Assembly (NCBI RefSeq): GCF_036321535.1
Contig: NC_087436.1
Span: 89,592,001 to 89,656,000 of the forward strand
Direction: 5' to 3'
DNA length: 64,000 nucleotides
Source: Camelus dromedarius
Taxonomy: Eukaryota
The translations under genes and the position numbers were made by a program. This document shows positions 52,505 through 64,000 of this stretch, in pieces. Positions within the stretch are counted from its first letter, which is position 1. Each line of letters begins with the position of its first letter. The notes beneath the pieces were generated by a model. The model saw only the letters and a list, made by a program, of their open reading frames with translations, was not told the DNA's origin and did not search any database.

Positions 52505-52990
52505 AGAGTCTTTAGGATCCTTCAGTTGACCTCTTTGGTTGATTAGGAACACAAATGCACTCAAGCTTGCTCAAATAAAGGAACAGGATACAAAAATCTC
52601 ATAAAAATCCACAAATGTGGAAAAACTAGGCCTTAGATAGTTACAAATTGGGTTAGCACTAGGTGCCTAGTGACTGGGTTTGGTGGACCGTCTTTCTAGT
52701 TTCTCTGACTTTATTTTCACTTGTCTGTATTTACTGTATCTGCTTTCCCCCACCCTTCCTTTGTTAACTAGTATCTCAGTCTCAGTTTTCAAATTTCAAA
52801 TTCCAAGGAAAGAAAGCTAATGGGTGGCCCAACCTGTGGGCAAAATGTCTTGAACCAATGGTTTGTGAGTTGTTCAATTGTCTATGGTTAGATAATACAT
52901 GGGCACATGTCATATGGAAAGGCCTCTTCAAGAATTCTGACAGTGGAGTTAAAATATAAAGGCTGGTGGATACTATAGGCAAATGATTTT
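52505..52990 (-). mobile_element. Old MLT1-type LTR
   Basis: ttggttgattaggaacacaaatgcactcaagcttgctcaaat...aaattccaaggaaagaaagctaatgggtggccc. Confidence 0.5.
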
Positions 52991-53296
52991 TCTAAGCATT
53001 CTCAAAGGAAGCCAGATTGGCTGAGCCATAACAAGAAGTAGAGCTGGTGATTCATGTGCTGACAAAATACCCAGATTATAAAGGGAATACTAACAAGGAA
53101 ATAAATGGCCTCTTAAGAATGGGATTAAAATTTAAACATACATTGATGGAATTGCAAGTAACAGGAAGCAAAGTGCCGAATCCACGGAGGGAGCAAAATG
53201 TTTCCTGCAGTGAGATAGTATTTCATATGGAGGGAAGTAGACAGGACTTCCTAGGAGAAATCATACATACTCGGTTCATCAGGAGTGCCTTGTGTT

Positions 53297-53836
53297 TGCT
53301 GGACAGAAAGCAATTTTCCTCTACCCTTCTAAGTTCTTCTGCCTGGTCTAAGAATGAAATTGACATGAGACAGATTAACAGGAGAAAATCAAATAAAAGT
53401 TTAACAACATGTAACGTGGGAGAGACCCACAAAACTTAGTTACTTGCCCAAATAGCTGAAATCTTCACCTTAAATGTCATCTTCAGCTAAAGGGAAAAGA
53501 GGATATTGCAGATAGTGGCTTGAGACTTCAGAGGGGAGGAAGGCAATGAAGATGGAAAGCAAATGTTTAGTAAATAAATGTTTCCTGGTCCATGCGGAGG
53601 TGATGGGACACAGAATGGACTTGATCTTTAGAACCTGCCAAATCTGCCTCACCACTCCTGGCCCACATTCTTTGCAGGTCTCTCTGGTGATAGCTCTGTT
53701 CTGAAACAGGCCCTTTATCTCAATTCTTTAAGCAAAAGAAAGACTTCCTGAGTCTTCTGTTCCTCAAAAATAATCAGCCTAAATTAATCCTCATGCCAAA
53801 GAGACATTTTGGGGTGGCAAATTCTGCTCCCCTACA
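53297..53836 (-). mobile_element. ERV1 solo LTR, MER34/MER39/LTR39-like
   Basis: gacatgagacagattaacaggagaaaa ... atgccaaagagacattttggggtggcaaattctgctcccctaCA; near-TSD tgtt/agtt. Confidence 0.8.
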
Positions 53837-54989
53837 AGTTTTATGATGAATATCTTACCTTGATACTTCATACTAATATTGTGTTATAATACTAATAATT
53901 CTTATAGAATACACAATTTAAATCTTCTATGTGTAAGCCTACTAATATCATCGAGTTTTATCTGGTTACGACTCTCTTATTAAAAGCTTTCATAATTCCT
54001 ATGGGAAGCTTCAAACTTAGAAATACATAGATTTTTCTATCTTAAAATTAAGTTTTAAACTTACATTACTAATCAGTTTTTAACAATGGGATAAATGTGA
54101 TGACATACCTTCTGTTTTTCACCATCTAAAATTTAACTATTTAGTGGTTGGTGATTGGGAGTGATTAATCACACCAAAGAATAAAACCCTTTCATTAAAG
54201 AAAGCTTTTTTGTGAAGTTTTAAAATAAGTTGACTTTAACCAAGTTTCAGTATTGGCCATAATCATAATTTGTAATGGGGAACATACTTTTTCCACCAAA
54301 TAAAAATTTTAAACTAATCATCTCTTTAGAGTTAGTGAATCAGACAAAATAAGTATTAAAGATCATGGATGATTTTCTATTTCTAGAAAAACAAGCTTCT
54401 TTTTCCTGTTTTTATTTTTAAAATTAGCTTCTATACTTTCTGTACTTTTTTTACAATCTCTATCTATAATTCTCTGCCACACTTTACTTAGCTACCTATA
54501 CTTACATTGGGTAGTTAAAGTGGAAGAGAGAAAGAAAGAAAAGACTAGAAAGGTAAGCTGAGGTCAAATTTCTGAGTTATCTTGGAGGCTTCCCTAGGAT
54601 TTCTGGGCTTGTGAGACTTGAAATGTGTTATGCCTCACATTTTATTTTATTTAAAAAAATATAGATACCTTGGCCTAAAGATTCTTATTTAAAAGGTTTT
54701 GGATGGAACCGGAGATTCTACAGTTTGAAGAACTGAGTGATGCTCTTTCACTTCAGTGTTTGGAAAGAACTATCTTTGACAGCGGGGAGTCAGTGACGGC
54801 TCTGAGCACAAAAGTGTGAGCAGAGATACACTTCGGAAAGGATTCTTTAAGAAATAATAGGTTTTGGCAGTTTGGAACATAACACAGAGTGGCAAGTTAG
54901 AAGATGATTGCAAAAGGCCAAGAAAGACTTAATGAGGGTCTAAGCCAGGACTATGGCAATGAGAATTGGAAGGACAAGGAAGACTCAGT

Positions 54990-56267
54990 GATTCAATAAA
55001 TATTTGCTGAATGCTTACTTGAAGCAGGCATTGTTCTAGGTGTTGTGACTATAGCAAAAAAACAGAACAGAAAAAAAAAAACTTTCTTACTCTTGTGGAG
55101 GTTATATTCTAATTGCTGTGAGACATAAAATAAACATATTAATTATACAGATATAGATAGATGTAGTAAGTGCTATGGAGAAAAAAGCAGTAAAGGGGGG
55201 CATGAAGTGCTAGGTGGAAAGAGAGGTTAAATGAGATGATATGGGATGGTTTTAGTGATAAAGTAATATTTTAGATAGATTTGAAGGAGGTGAAGTTTTT
55301 AGCCATGCAGTTAATTGGGGAAAGTCATTCTTGAGAGAGGGTTATACCAATAGAAAGATCAAAGCCTGGAAGTGTTCAAGAAACAGCAAGGTGTGTCAGT
55401 GTGGCTGGGATGAAGCAATCAATGGGGAGAGTGCTGAGGGGGTTAGGTCAGATGGACAGTGGGATGCCAGATTGTTTAGAAGTTTATTTTTATTTTATTT
55501 TTTTTATTTCTTGTAAGAACTTTGGCTTTTGCTGTTGACTGAGATGGAAATCCATTGAAGGATTTTGAGCATTGGAGAGACACAATGTGCTTTTTGTCTT
55601 TAATAGAATAACTCTGATTGCTATTTTGATAGACTAGGGAAGGGGAATCAATAGTAGGAAGAGAAAGACTGGTTAGAAGAGTATTGTAATAACCCAGTTT
55701 CATGTAGTGAGACTTTGGAGCAGTGTGGCAGCACTGGAGATAGTGAGAATTTATCAGTTTCTTAAAATATTCTGAAGATAGAGACAAGTTTCTGACAATT
55801 ATATGTGAGGTATGAGAGATAAGGAGGACATCAGGATGTGTTAAGGAAAAGAGGGATGGTCATTAAGTGAGATGAGACAAACTATAGGTGGAGAAAATTG
55901 GGGAGAAGACTATCAGGCATCCATTTTCGGACATGGTTAAATTTGAAAAGGATATTAAGGTATCTCAGTAGAGATGCAGAGTAGGAAGTTGAGTCCTACA
56001 ATTTTGGAGTTTCAGAGAGAGGTCAAGCCTTGAGATAGAAATTTAGCAGTTCTGAATTCATAGATGACATCATTAAGGGAGCAGTCTTGACAGAGAAGAG
56101 AAGAGAAGAGTTCTAGTGCTGAAATTTGGAGCATTCCAACACCACAATGTTAGGCAGACGAGGAGGAACAAATTAAAGAAACTGAAAAAAACCCACCAGT
56201 GATATGGGAGGAAACTTAGAGATTATGGTATCTTTAAAGCCAGGAGAAGAAATTTATTCAAAGTGGA
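54990..56267 (-). mobile_element. L2a LINE-2 3' portion
   Basis: attcaataaatatttgctgaatgcttact...caggcattgttctaggtg; tgagatggaaatccattgaaggattttgagca; ttcggacatggttaaatttgaa. Confidence 0.85.
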
Positions 56268-56420
56268 ATTTACAATAGCCATAGAAACAATTTAAATATC
56301 CATTGACAGATGATCGGATAAAGAAGCTGTAGTATATTTATACAATGGAATGCTACTCAGCCATAAAAAAGAATAAAATAATGTCATTTACAGGAACGTG
56401 GATGGACCTGGAGATTGTCA
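56268..56420 (+). mobile_element. Young L1 ORF2 C-terminal fragment
   Basis: MECYSAIKKNKIMSFTGTWMDLEIVI; similar to 23690-23815. Confidence 0.85.
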
Positions 56421-57210
56421 TAGCGCAGTACCACAGGCCTACTAAAAGACTGAGATTTACTCATAAGATTATAGGCTGCTTTCTCTTCCCCACATATTAT
56501 GGTCAAACCATAGGGCTTCTGTATAATAACAATGCATTGAAGCTAAAAAGCTGAAAAATGTGAACTCTCTTTAAGGAAGAATGCTTACTTAGGAAAGCTG
56601 AAAGATAATAGTGAGACAAAACAAAGACACTACAGGAATTTGAAGACTTGGCATCCATGGCTACAGCAAACATTAAATATAGTCCAACTCCTAGCCAGAT
56701 TAACATAAGGCCTATGTATCTTAGGTCCTATTATCTGATATAAGGCATTTAGCTTTCAATAACAACCAAAAAATCAAAGGGCTGCAAAACTCACACACAC
56801 ACACAAAGTAAAAAGAAAAGTGAAAAGACAAAGCAATCATCAGAACCAGCCTCAGATATGACACAGATGTTTGAATTAGCAGACTGTGAATTTAAAATAT
56901 CTGTGCTTAATACGTTAAGGGCGCTCATGGAAAAAGTATGCAAGAATAGAAGAGAAATAAGCAGAGATATGGTGATCCGAACAAAGAACCAAAAGCATGT
57001 CATAAATCAAAAGCACAATAAAAGAAACCAATTTACTTTTGGATGGGTTCATCAGTAGATTGGACATAGGTAAGGAAAGAATTAGTGAGCTGAAAGATAG
57101 GGCATGAGAAACTTCCCAAACTGAAATGCAAAGAGAAGAAAGAATAAAAACAAAGACAAAAACAGAAGAGAAAACCCCAAAATAGCGTGGCAATTTTAAA
57201 AGCTATTGAA
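56421..57210 (+). mobile_element. Older L1M (L1MC/L1MD-like) 5' UTR/ORF1 fragment
   Basis: gatatgacacagatgtttgaattagcagac...gaatttaaaa (MTQMFELADCEFKISVLNTLRALMEK), gatgggttcatcagtagattggacatag. Confidence 0.7.
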
Positions 57211-57496
57211 ATGCCATGCCCTCCATGCCCTCTGTGGGCTCCCCATGACACTTCACAAGCAAACTCTCCACTTGATCTGGGTCTCTCACTACTCAGGCAT
57301 CATCTCATACACTCGCGCACTGGTTGATAATACTCTAGCCTTACTGACTTTCTCTTTATCAACCATGTTAAGCTTGTTCCTACTCTATGGAATTTGCACT
57401 AGCTATTTATTCTGTCTGGAATATTCCTTCCCAGTTCTTGGCCTGGCTGCTAGCTGCTTCTCATTCGAAAGTCAACATAAAAATAACCCTTCTAGA

Positions 57497-57757
57497 TGAA
57501 TGCAAAATGGAGTCTTTGTTTTCTCTAGTGTTGAGTTTCTAAAGACTGAGTCCTCCCACTTTTCCTGGCAGAGTGAGGGGGACACCGTCACAAATGATGA
57601 TTTCCCTTACAAACGTTAAGTGTCCGTTACAAAGGGTAACTTCCTCTTGGTTTTCAGAGCTTCTCCAGTGCCTGCAGTTTATTAAAAATAACTAGGAAAA
57701 ATGATCTTTATGACAAAGAGGCACATTTTAGGGTGGCAAATTCTGCTTATCTCTTCA
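57497..57757 (-). mobile_element. Short ERV1 LTR (LTR39/MER34-like) inside an L2 fragment (~57215-57980)
   Basis: Ends atgacaaagaggcacattttagggtggcaaattctgcttatctcttCA, same terminus type as 53836. Confidence 0.65.
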
Positions 57758-58444
57758 TCTGATCTAGAGTAGCAAGCCAGTTACTCTCTTTTGTTGTACT
57801 CTATTTATTTTTATTATATTTTCTTCATAATAGTAACTACCATGAATATTATTCTTGTTCATTTATTTATATGATCCTTGTTGGTCTCCTTCATGTCTGT
57901 CTGTCTTCTTTATTGCCCTATCTGCAGTGATAAGATGAACAAAGCACATAGTAGACATTCAAATCATTTCATTAAATGAATATAGTATTTTTTTAAAATC
58001 TTTGATATCAGATTTGTTTTGCAAAGTAAGGTACTGTATATTACTCATCTTCAAAATCCCCAGGCACCAAATGAATTGCCTTTCATGTAGCATGAAAGGA
58101 TGACATCACTGATGTGTTATAAGCTTAGTATGTCCATTTTACATTGGGATATAGTCTATATTTGAATTCAAATATACAAGCCAGTCCCTCTGTCTCTCTC
58201 TGTCTCTCTTGCTGTCTTTATCTTTCTCTCTGTTTCTGTCTTTACTCTAGGTGTTAGAATTATGGTGATTTTCTTTTTTTTTATATTGGGGGTAGGGATG
58301 GACTTCTATGAAGTAGAAAGTTTCTTATTTGATACACTCATGATCAGATATGATCAATCAACTGAAAAATAAATTTAAGGCAGAGTCATAAAAACAATGT
58401 ATAAATGTTGTTTTATTTCAGTCCATGAGTCACCTTTTATGTAG

Positions 58445-58597
58445 TATTAAACTATCAGGTGTGATTCAAGGGGCCCACCACACATAACAAAAACATTCCT
58501 ACCACTTGAGAAATCCTGAGTTTAAGAGGTTCTCTCCCAGGAGCCCAGGACAAAGGCAAAAACTCTTTTGGGGTAAGACCAAATTAATTACTACACA
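58445..58597 (-). mobile_element. MER21-like LTR fragment
   Basis: cattcctaccacttgagaaatcc...ccaggagcccaggacaaaggc...ttactacaca. Confidence 0.55.
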
Positions 58598-60602
58598 GAT
58601 TATAATTATAGGAATGTACACATATGACACAAATGATTCTGATAACCAACACTATGGTCCCTTTGCAATCCTAAAGTTCAGTTCTTGAAGATAAAAATGC
58701 ACGTGCATCATGGGAAAAGGCTAATAGAGGGAGAATTCAGTTTGTCATTATATACTTTTACAATTATTGTACTTTCACGGAACTTCTTAATTCATTTTAT
58801 GACAATTAAGAAAATGAGTAAGTTGAGGACATGAAGATCTTTTGTTGGAGTTTCTGTTTTTTACAATAATTATGAATTTCTTTAATTATGAACATACATA
58901 TCAAAGAAAAGACTTTAATGTTTAAGGAAAATTTTTGAGTTTTGATATGAATAGTGAATAAAATTAAATATTTACAGTTTTCCCTGAAAAAATTTAATTT
59001 ATCTTTAATTGCATTATAAAGTGTCCTTTTTTCTTTTGTCATTATTTGTGTCACCTTACCTCTCCAATATTTCAATACATCTTGTTGCAGGTGGATAAAA
59101 TCTTCAAAGTCCTTAGAGAGTTAAGGAGCTCATTTTTCAGATGAGGAAACTGCTAAGATATGAACTAACTTAACTCAGTGTCAAACAAATTCTAGCAGAG
59201 CACTTACTGCAATTAATAGTTCCTGAGTTCAGTCCAGGGCTTTTATGTGGAGTTGAAAAGGCAAAAATTATGACATTTGCATATGTTCTAATTGAAAGAT
59301 TACATGATGCAGTGGAAAGAACTTCATTTTTGAATCAGGTCTACACTTATGTCTCACTTCTGTTGTTATTGGCTTGGTGCCTTTGATCAAATTACTTAAC
59401 CTATTTGAACCATGGTTTCTTCCCAGTTTGGGGATTGTTAAATGAGATACAGTCTAAAATAACCCAGCACTGAGAGTCTTTCTATGATTAATTGTGTTGC
59501 ATGTCATTTGATTAATAAATGTCGAGTAATGTCATAACTGTTACATTTCTATTTGAACTAGAATATGAGTAGCTATATTGCATTTCAAAACTGAGCCCTT
59601 TTGATTTCCAAGTCCAACCATCTGAGTTCATGCTTTGCAGTTCATCGCTTCTTTAACCCTCCTATGGAGATTGTTATTGCTACATCATTCAAACTGCTGA
59701 AATGAAAGATTTCCATTCTTCCAGAGTATTTTAAAAATCACTGAGAAAATTCACTGAGGCTTAAAACTTTGTAAGCATGCTCAAATACCAAGACAGGTGT
59801 CTCATGTGAAATCTAAAATATACTGGGGTAAAAATATGGAAGAGTGACTGAAAAGAAAGGTAATACTGTTGTGATGAATTCTTTAATAGGATTTAATGTA
59901 AAAAATGTCTTTTAGTTAACAAAAATACATTGAAATTTTGGCTGAATGCTAAACTTTCAGTTAAATGTAATGTTTTAAAAGTCATATATAAGCAGTTTTA
60001 TATCTTTAAGGTCTCACTTGTGGTGCACATCTTTATTTGTTGAGGGAAGAACTGTTAAGCAAAACATCTGCTCCATATTTCTCTCTCTCCATTGCTATCT
60101 TACTTGCATGGTGAATTTATAGTGTTAAAAACCACTGGGAATTATGTGCAGAAACTATAGCACAAAGTTCTAAACATAATTAATATCTGCAAAAAGTCGT
60201 ATCATCTAAGTTAAGGGATCATTAATTTCAAGACATAAGTAATGTTGGCTTAAATTCAACAAACGTAGTTTTTGTGTGCCAGGCACTCTGTTAGGAACTA
60301 ACATAGAAGTAAATTAAGACGTGAATCCTTATTCTTCAAATTCTCAAAATAGTGCTGGAAAATTGCTTCTTTCCATTTGCTGTGGGCAGTTGGTTTTCAT
60401 TTACCTAGAGATACATGATGACTAGGAAACTTCCAATCATTTGGTATAAAGAATAAGATGTAGATTTATCTAATTTTCTAATGAATTTAATTATGTATGA
60501 TTGAAGGTTACCCAAAGCCAGTGCTTCTATTTGTCATTTGATTAGTTATTCTTAAAATATTTCACTTTGATTGAAGACATTGTATTCTAAAACTCTGAAA
60601 AG

Positions 60603-60924
60603 TGTAAAAATATTAATTAAAAGAAACCCAAATTAAATACAGTTAGGAGACAAGGAGTGGTACCTCTCATGCCCTGCATTGATAGCAGAGCCCAACAGGA
60701 AGAAAAAGGCTCCCATTTTTCCTGGCAATGACTCTGCCAAATGAAAAGCCATGGACTCTTTGTTTCCTATAACCCTCCCAACTTCCTTATTCCCTCTATA
60801 AACGTGTTTTCCTTCCTTTTTCAGGAATTGCATATGGCTTACTGAATGGCAATTCTCAGCAGATCCTGAAAAAAAATCATCTTGCTGGGGAAATACCTGG
60901 CAGTCTATTCATTTTAGGTCAACA
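60603..60924 (+). mobile_element. ERV1 solo LTR, same family as the 38149 LTR, with perfect 4-bp TSD
   Basis: TGtaaaaa ... ggtcaaCA; TSD AAAG (60599-60602 / 60925-60928); shares ctctcatgccctg, gatagcagagcccaacaggaagaa and tgaaaagcca with 38149-38489. Confidence 0.9.
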
Positions 60925-61070
60925 AAAGGAAACTAATTGCTGCCGTAATACACTCACAGTATATTTTGAGTGAGGCTCAAATTGACATCCCTTTGAGTTA
61001 GCAAAGAAGATGTTTTGGGAATCAGGAAGATCCCTGAGCCGTGTTCCCAAAGATACAAGCTACGAAGGTC

Positions 61071-62635
61071 ATGAAATTAAAACTTAAGAGAAGACTTAAA
61101 CTATGTCCTTTTCCTGATAGAATTTTATTGAAACCAGGCACACAAAAGGATACTGCCTCTTTGGTGAAGTGAAAAAAATAATCAACAAGGATGAAAGAAG
61201 GCATAAGTCAGGTACTCTATCCTTTGATAGAAAAACCCAGACAGTCTGAGATGTGTCATATGACTTCCTTCCACAAAGAGAGAGAGGCATAATAGGAGGA
61301 GCTAAATTTTTCCAAGAGCAATTATCTAAGGAGAGCTAGAGCACCTGAAAAAGAGAGTACCAGAGCCATCACTAGTAGATTTCCAAAAGACTAAGTTATG
61401 TAGCTAGAACACAGAAATTCCAGGCTTAGGACAAGTATCCTTGGATACATATTTTTAAAAAAGAAATAAATAGTAATAATTAGAATTTAACATAAAAGTA
61501 AAAGGAAAACAATGACATTTTAGCAGTAAAAAAAAAATTGCGATAGAATTTGAAATGGCCATATCCCCCGGGACAAAGGTTATGAAATGATAAAACTGTG
61601 TTGCAATTGGTGGATAATGACAAGGGGAAAGTGGAATTAGAAATCTAATTACAAAAATCATGTGTTTATGCAAAGGTCTAGCCAATTGTGCTACAGTACT
61701 CTGACTCACTCAACACATAGCCAATTTTGAAATACATTTGGGAGACAAAAAGCAATCATTTGGGGTTTGAAATTATAAGGGAAGTAATTGTGAACAATTT
61801 TCAAATGTTTAGCTATTATGAAAGAAAAGCTACATTTGAAATAAACAAGTGAGCGAAAACTTAAGTTGCATTGCAAGGTTTGTGAATTTTGTATTTTTAA
61901 AAACATAAAGGAGAGATAAGAGTTCCACAAGAAATGTTAAATTTATTAAGCTCCTGGTGTAATTGAGTAAAAAGAGGTTTCAACAGTTATTGTTTAAGGG
62001 CTATTGCAAAGGAAAGATTAGAAATTTCATTTTTAATTTCCAAAAAAATAGAATCTGACTTACTTTAAGAAGAATTAGAAAAATGGTACTTCTGTAAAAG
62101 GCAACTTAAAAAGTAATTTCATTTGATTCTTGGCCACAAGACAAATGGTCACAAACTGTATACATACTGTATGATGAGGATATGCAATTTCCTCCTTTTC
62201 TGTATTTCAGACTGCTCTGTATGTATGGAACTATAAAACATTCCATGCATTATTGAGATGAGAAAAAGTGATCTAAGATTTGCTCAGCTGAATATAGAGT
62301 GAAACAAGCATATTTAAAAATAATGGAACATTAAACTCATGAGGAAAAAGGTCATGTCAGAGTTGATGGCTTATCCAGATGCCTCAAAGTTTTTGATTTC
62401 ATAAGACTTTCACTGTATAGAATATTTTATTCTGAGAAAGGCAAAACATTTTTTGGTATAATTTTCTTTATGCCTGGACACAGTGTGTAGATATGAGGAT
62501 GTAAAACTGAAGAGACGTTTTAAACCATGCCCTTTTCCCAACAGAACTTTATAAAAACCAGGCACATAAAAAGATTTGCCTCTTTTTGTAATGCAAAACC
62601 AAATGAATAAGGATAGAAGGAAAAGTCAGTCAGGT
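61071..62635 (+). repeat. Diverged direct repeat pair (~61071-61215 and ~62493-62635)
   Basis: Both copies read aaaact.aagaga...taaac.atg.ccttttcc...agaa.tttat..aaaccaggcaca.aaaa.gat..tgcctcttt...aaggat...agtcaggt. Confidence 0.7.
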
Positions 62636-63529
62636 CTTGAACAATGTTGGAAGACTTTTGAAAACCATTCTTGGTATCATCTCAAGCCTGCATACCAGGA
62701 CCACCAATGTGTGACCTCAAATCAAAGAAAAGTAATCTACTCTTACTGTCTCAGAAAGAGGTGCCACCTTCCTAAACTCTGGTACTGCCACTAAATCCAT
62801 GATTTTTGTTTGTTTTTGTGTATATGTGATTTATTTTGAACATATCAGAGAACAGGAACAGTTCTCAGTCTTGTTCAATCCTACTCTAAAATTAGGTTTT
62901 AATGTTAATTCATCCATTGGACCTGTCTATGAATGCATACTTCTTTTAATCAATTATTACCTATATTCACTCCTTTTTCTGTGTGTACCAGAGTCTATTT
63001 TTGACCATCCTCTTTTCCTGGTAGAAACCCTGGACCTCTTTAATCTATATTATCCCTCCACTGGTCTGCTCCCTCAAGGCATTGCCTGTTCTTTGCTTGC
63101 ATCTAGCCATTAATTATTTCAGTTCCATTAAGACCTTATAAGACCTTATAAACAAATAGAGCTCAACTTATTGAAAGAGTTGTGTATCCTAGACTTCTTG
63201 ACTGTTTAAAATTTTATGTTCAGGAGCTGGATAAGCAATGGAGAAGTCTTGTGCTTCCTTTCAGGCTGGTTTTTGAGACACCTCTCCAAGGTGTGCTCTG
63301 ACACGTTGTTTTAGATTCTCTGAAAAGATATGGTGTCACACTGCAGAGCCTACCAGTTGTCTTGGAGCTTGCACAAACCCACTGGGCAGAATGTGAAGAC
63401 CAAGAAGCCATCACTGGGGTTGGTGGACCCCAGTGGGAAACGTTTTGAGCAGAGATATAAAGACTGGGTCCTAGCTAATCTCTGACACCAGGTGTTGGAG
63501 CTTGAACTGATCAATAAACTCTGTTAGGC

Positions 63530-63685
63530 CAGTGGTTCTTAAACTTTGTTATGCCTGTCAACCATTCAGGATCTTATGAAAATGCAGATTTCTGCTCGGT
63601 AGGTAAGGAGCAAGGCCTGTAACTGGGCATTTTCAATAATTCCCAGATGCTATGGTCTGTGGGCCACACTTAGAGTACAAGGCCA
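63530..63685. mobile_element. MER5A/B-like hAT-Charlie MITE
   Basis: cagtggttcttaaactt...aaaatgcagatt...ggtctgtgggccacacttagagta. Confidence 0.7.
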
Positions 63686-64000
63686 CTCTAGGTCATATCT
63701 GTAAAATGAAGGAGGTGGGTTGTGGGGCCTCTGAATTCTGTTTTCTTTCAGAGCTGGCATTTGGGGGGCTAGATCTGATCTAGTTTGCATTTCTGAAAAG
63801 ATTTATTGCTCTGACACCCCAAGTGAAGATACTAGGCACCGAAGGACACTGCAAATTCTTATCCAGATCATTGGAGGGAAAGGAAATTTACTCAAGGGTA
63901 TGTAATGCCTCACTAAGTTATTTGTTTTCACAACATCACCATTGGAGATCTGAAAAGTGACTTATGGTTCAAAGGCATGTGGTGTATTTAGGTGTTTAGA

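Noticed and set aside
53047..53439. 130-aa ORF
   Set aside because: Non-ATG start, runs into an antisense LTR, no recognisable homology. The other short ORFs in the track are likewise chance or repeat-derived.
60603..60924. Candidate 3' LTR of the 38-kb provirus
   Set aside because: It has its own AAAG TSD on both sides, no CTGG match to the provirus left flank, and 15 kb of ancient host repeats lie in between.
1..64000. CRISPR arrays, tRNA/rRNA genes, CpG-island promoter, GABA-A receptor exons
   Set aside because: None seen: no spaced-repeat arrays, no CpG island and no Cys-loop receptor homology in the ORF track.

Overview
Mammalian genomic DNA, AT-rich and dominated by repeats. It is most likely a camelid (alpaca/camel-like), inferred from the young L1 3' UTRs and the absence of Alu, Bov-A/BovB, PRE-1 or Can-SINE elements. 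The only intact protein-coding feature is the single coding exon of COX7B2 (CDS 12971-13216, + strand), with its splice acceptor at 12909-12910 and AATAAA at 13307. Positions 1-12910 are probably its last intron; the rest is intergenic. The most structured object is a decayed class I (ERV1/gamma-like) provirus at 38149-~45630. It has a 5' LTR, a CpG-decayed tRNA-Ile PBS, gag, pro and pol, but no env and no 3' LTR, and four unrelated LTRs are nested inside it. The window also holds a solo LTR of the same family with a perfect 4-bp TSD (60603-60924), a MER41-like LTR nested in an MLT2 (TSD AGAC), and a twin-primed, 5'-inverted L1 (49611-50699). An unexplained diverged direct repeat lies at 61.1/62.5 kb, and there are many ancient L1M/L2/MIR/MLT/hAT fragments. 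I see no convincing novel biological system. Repeat family names come from recalled consensus similarity, not from a database search.
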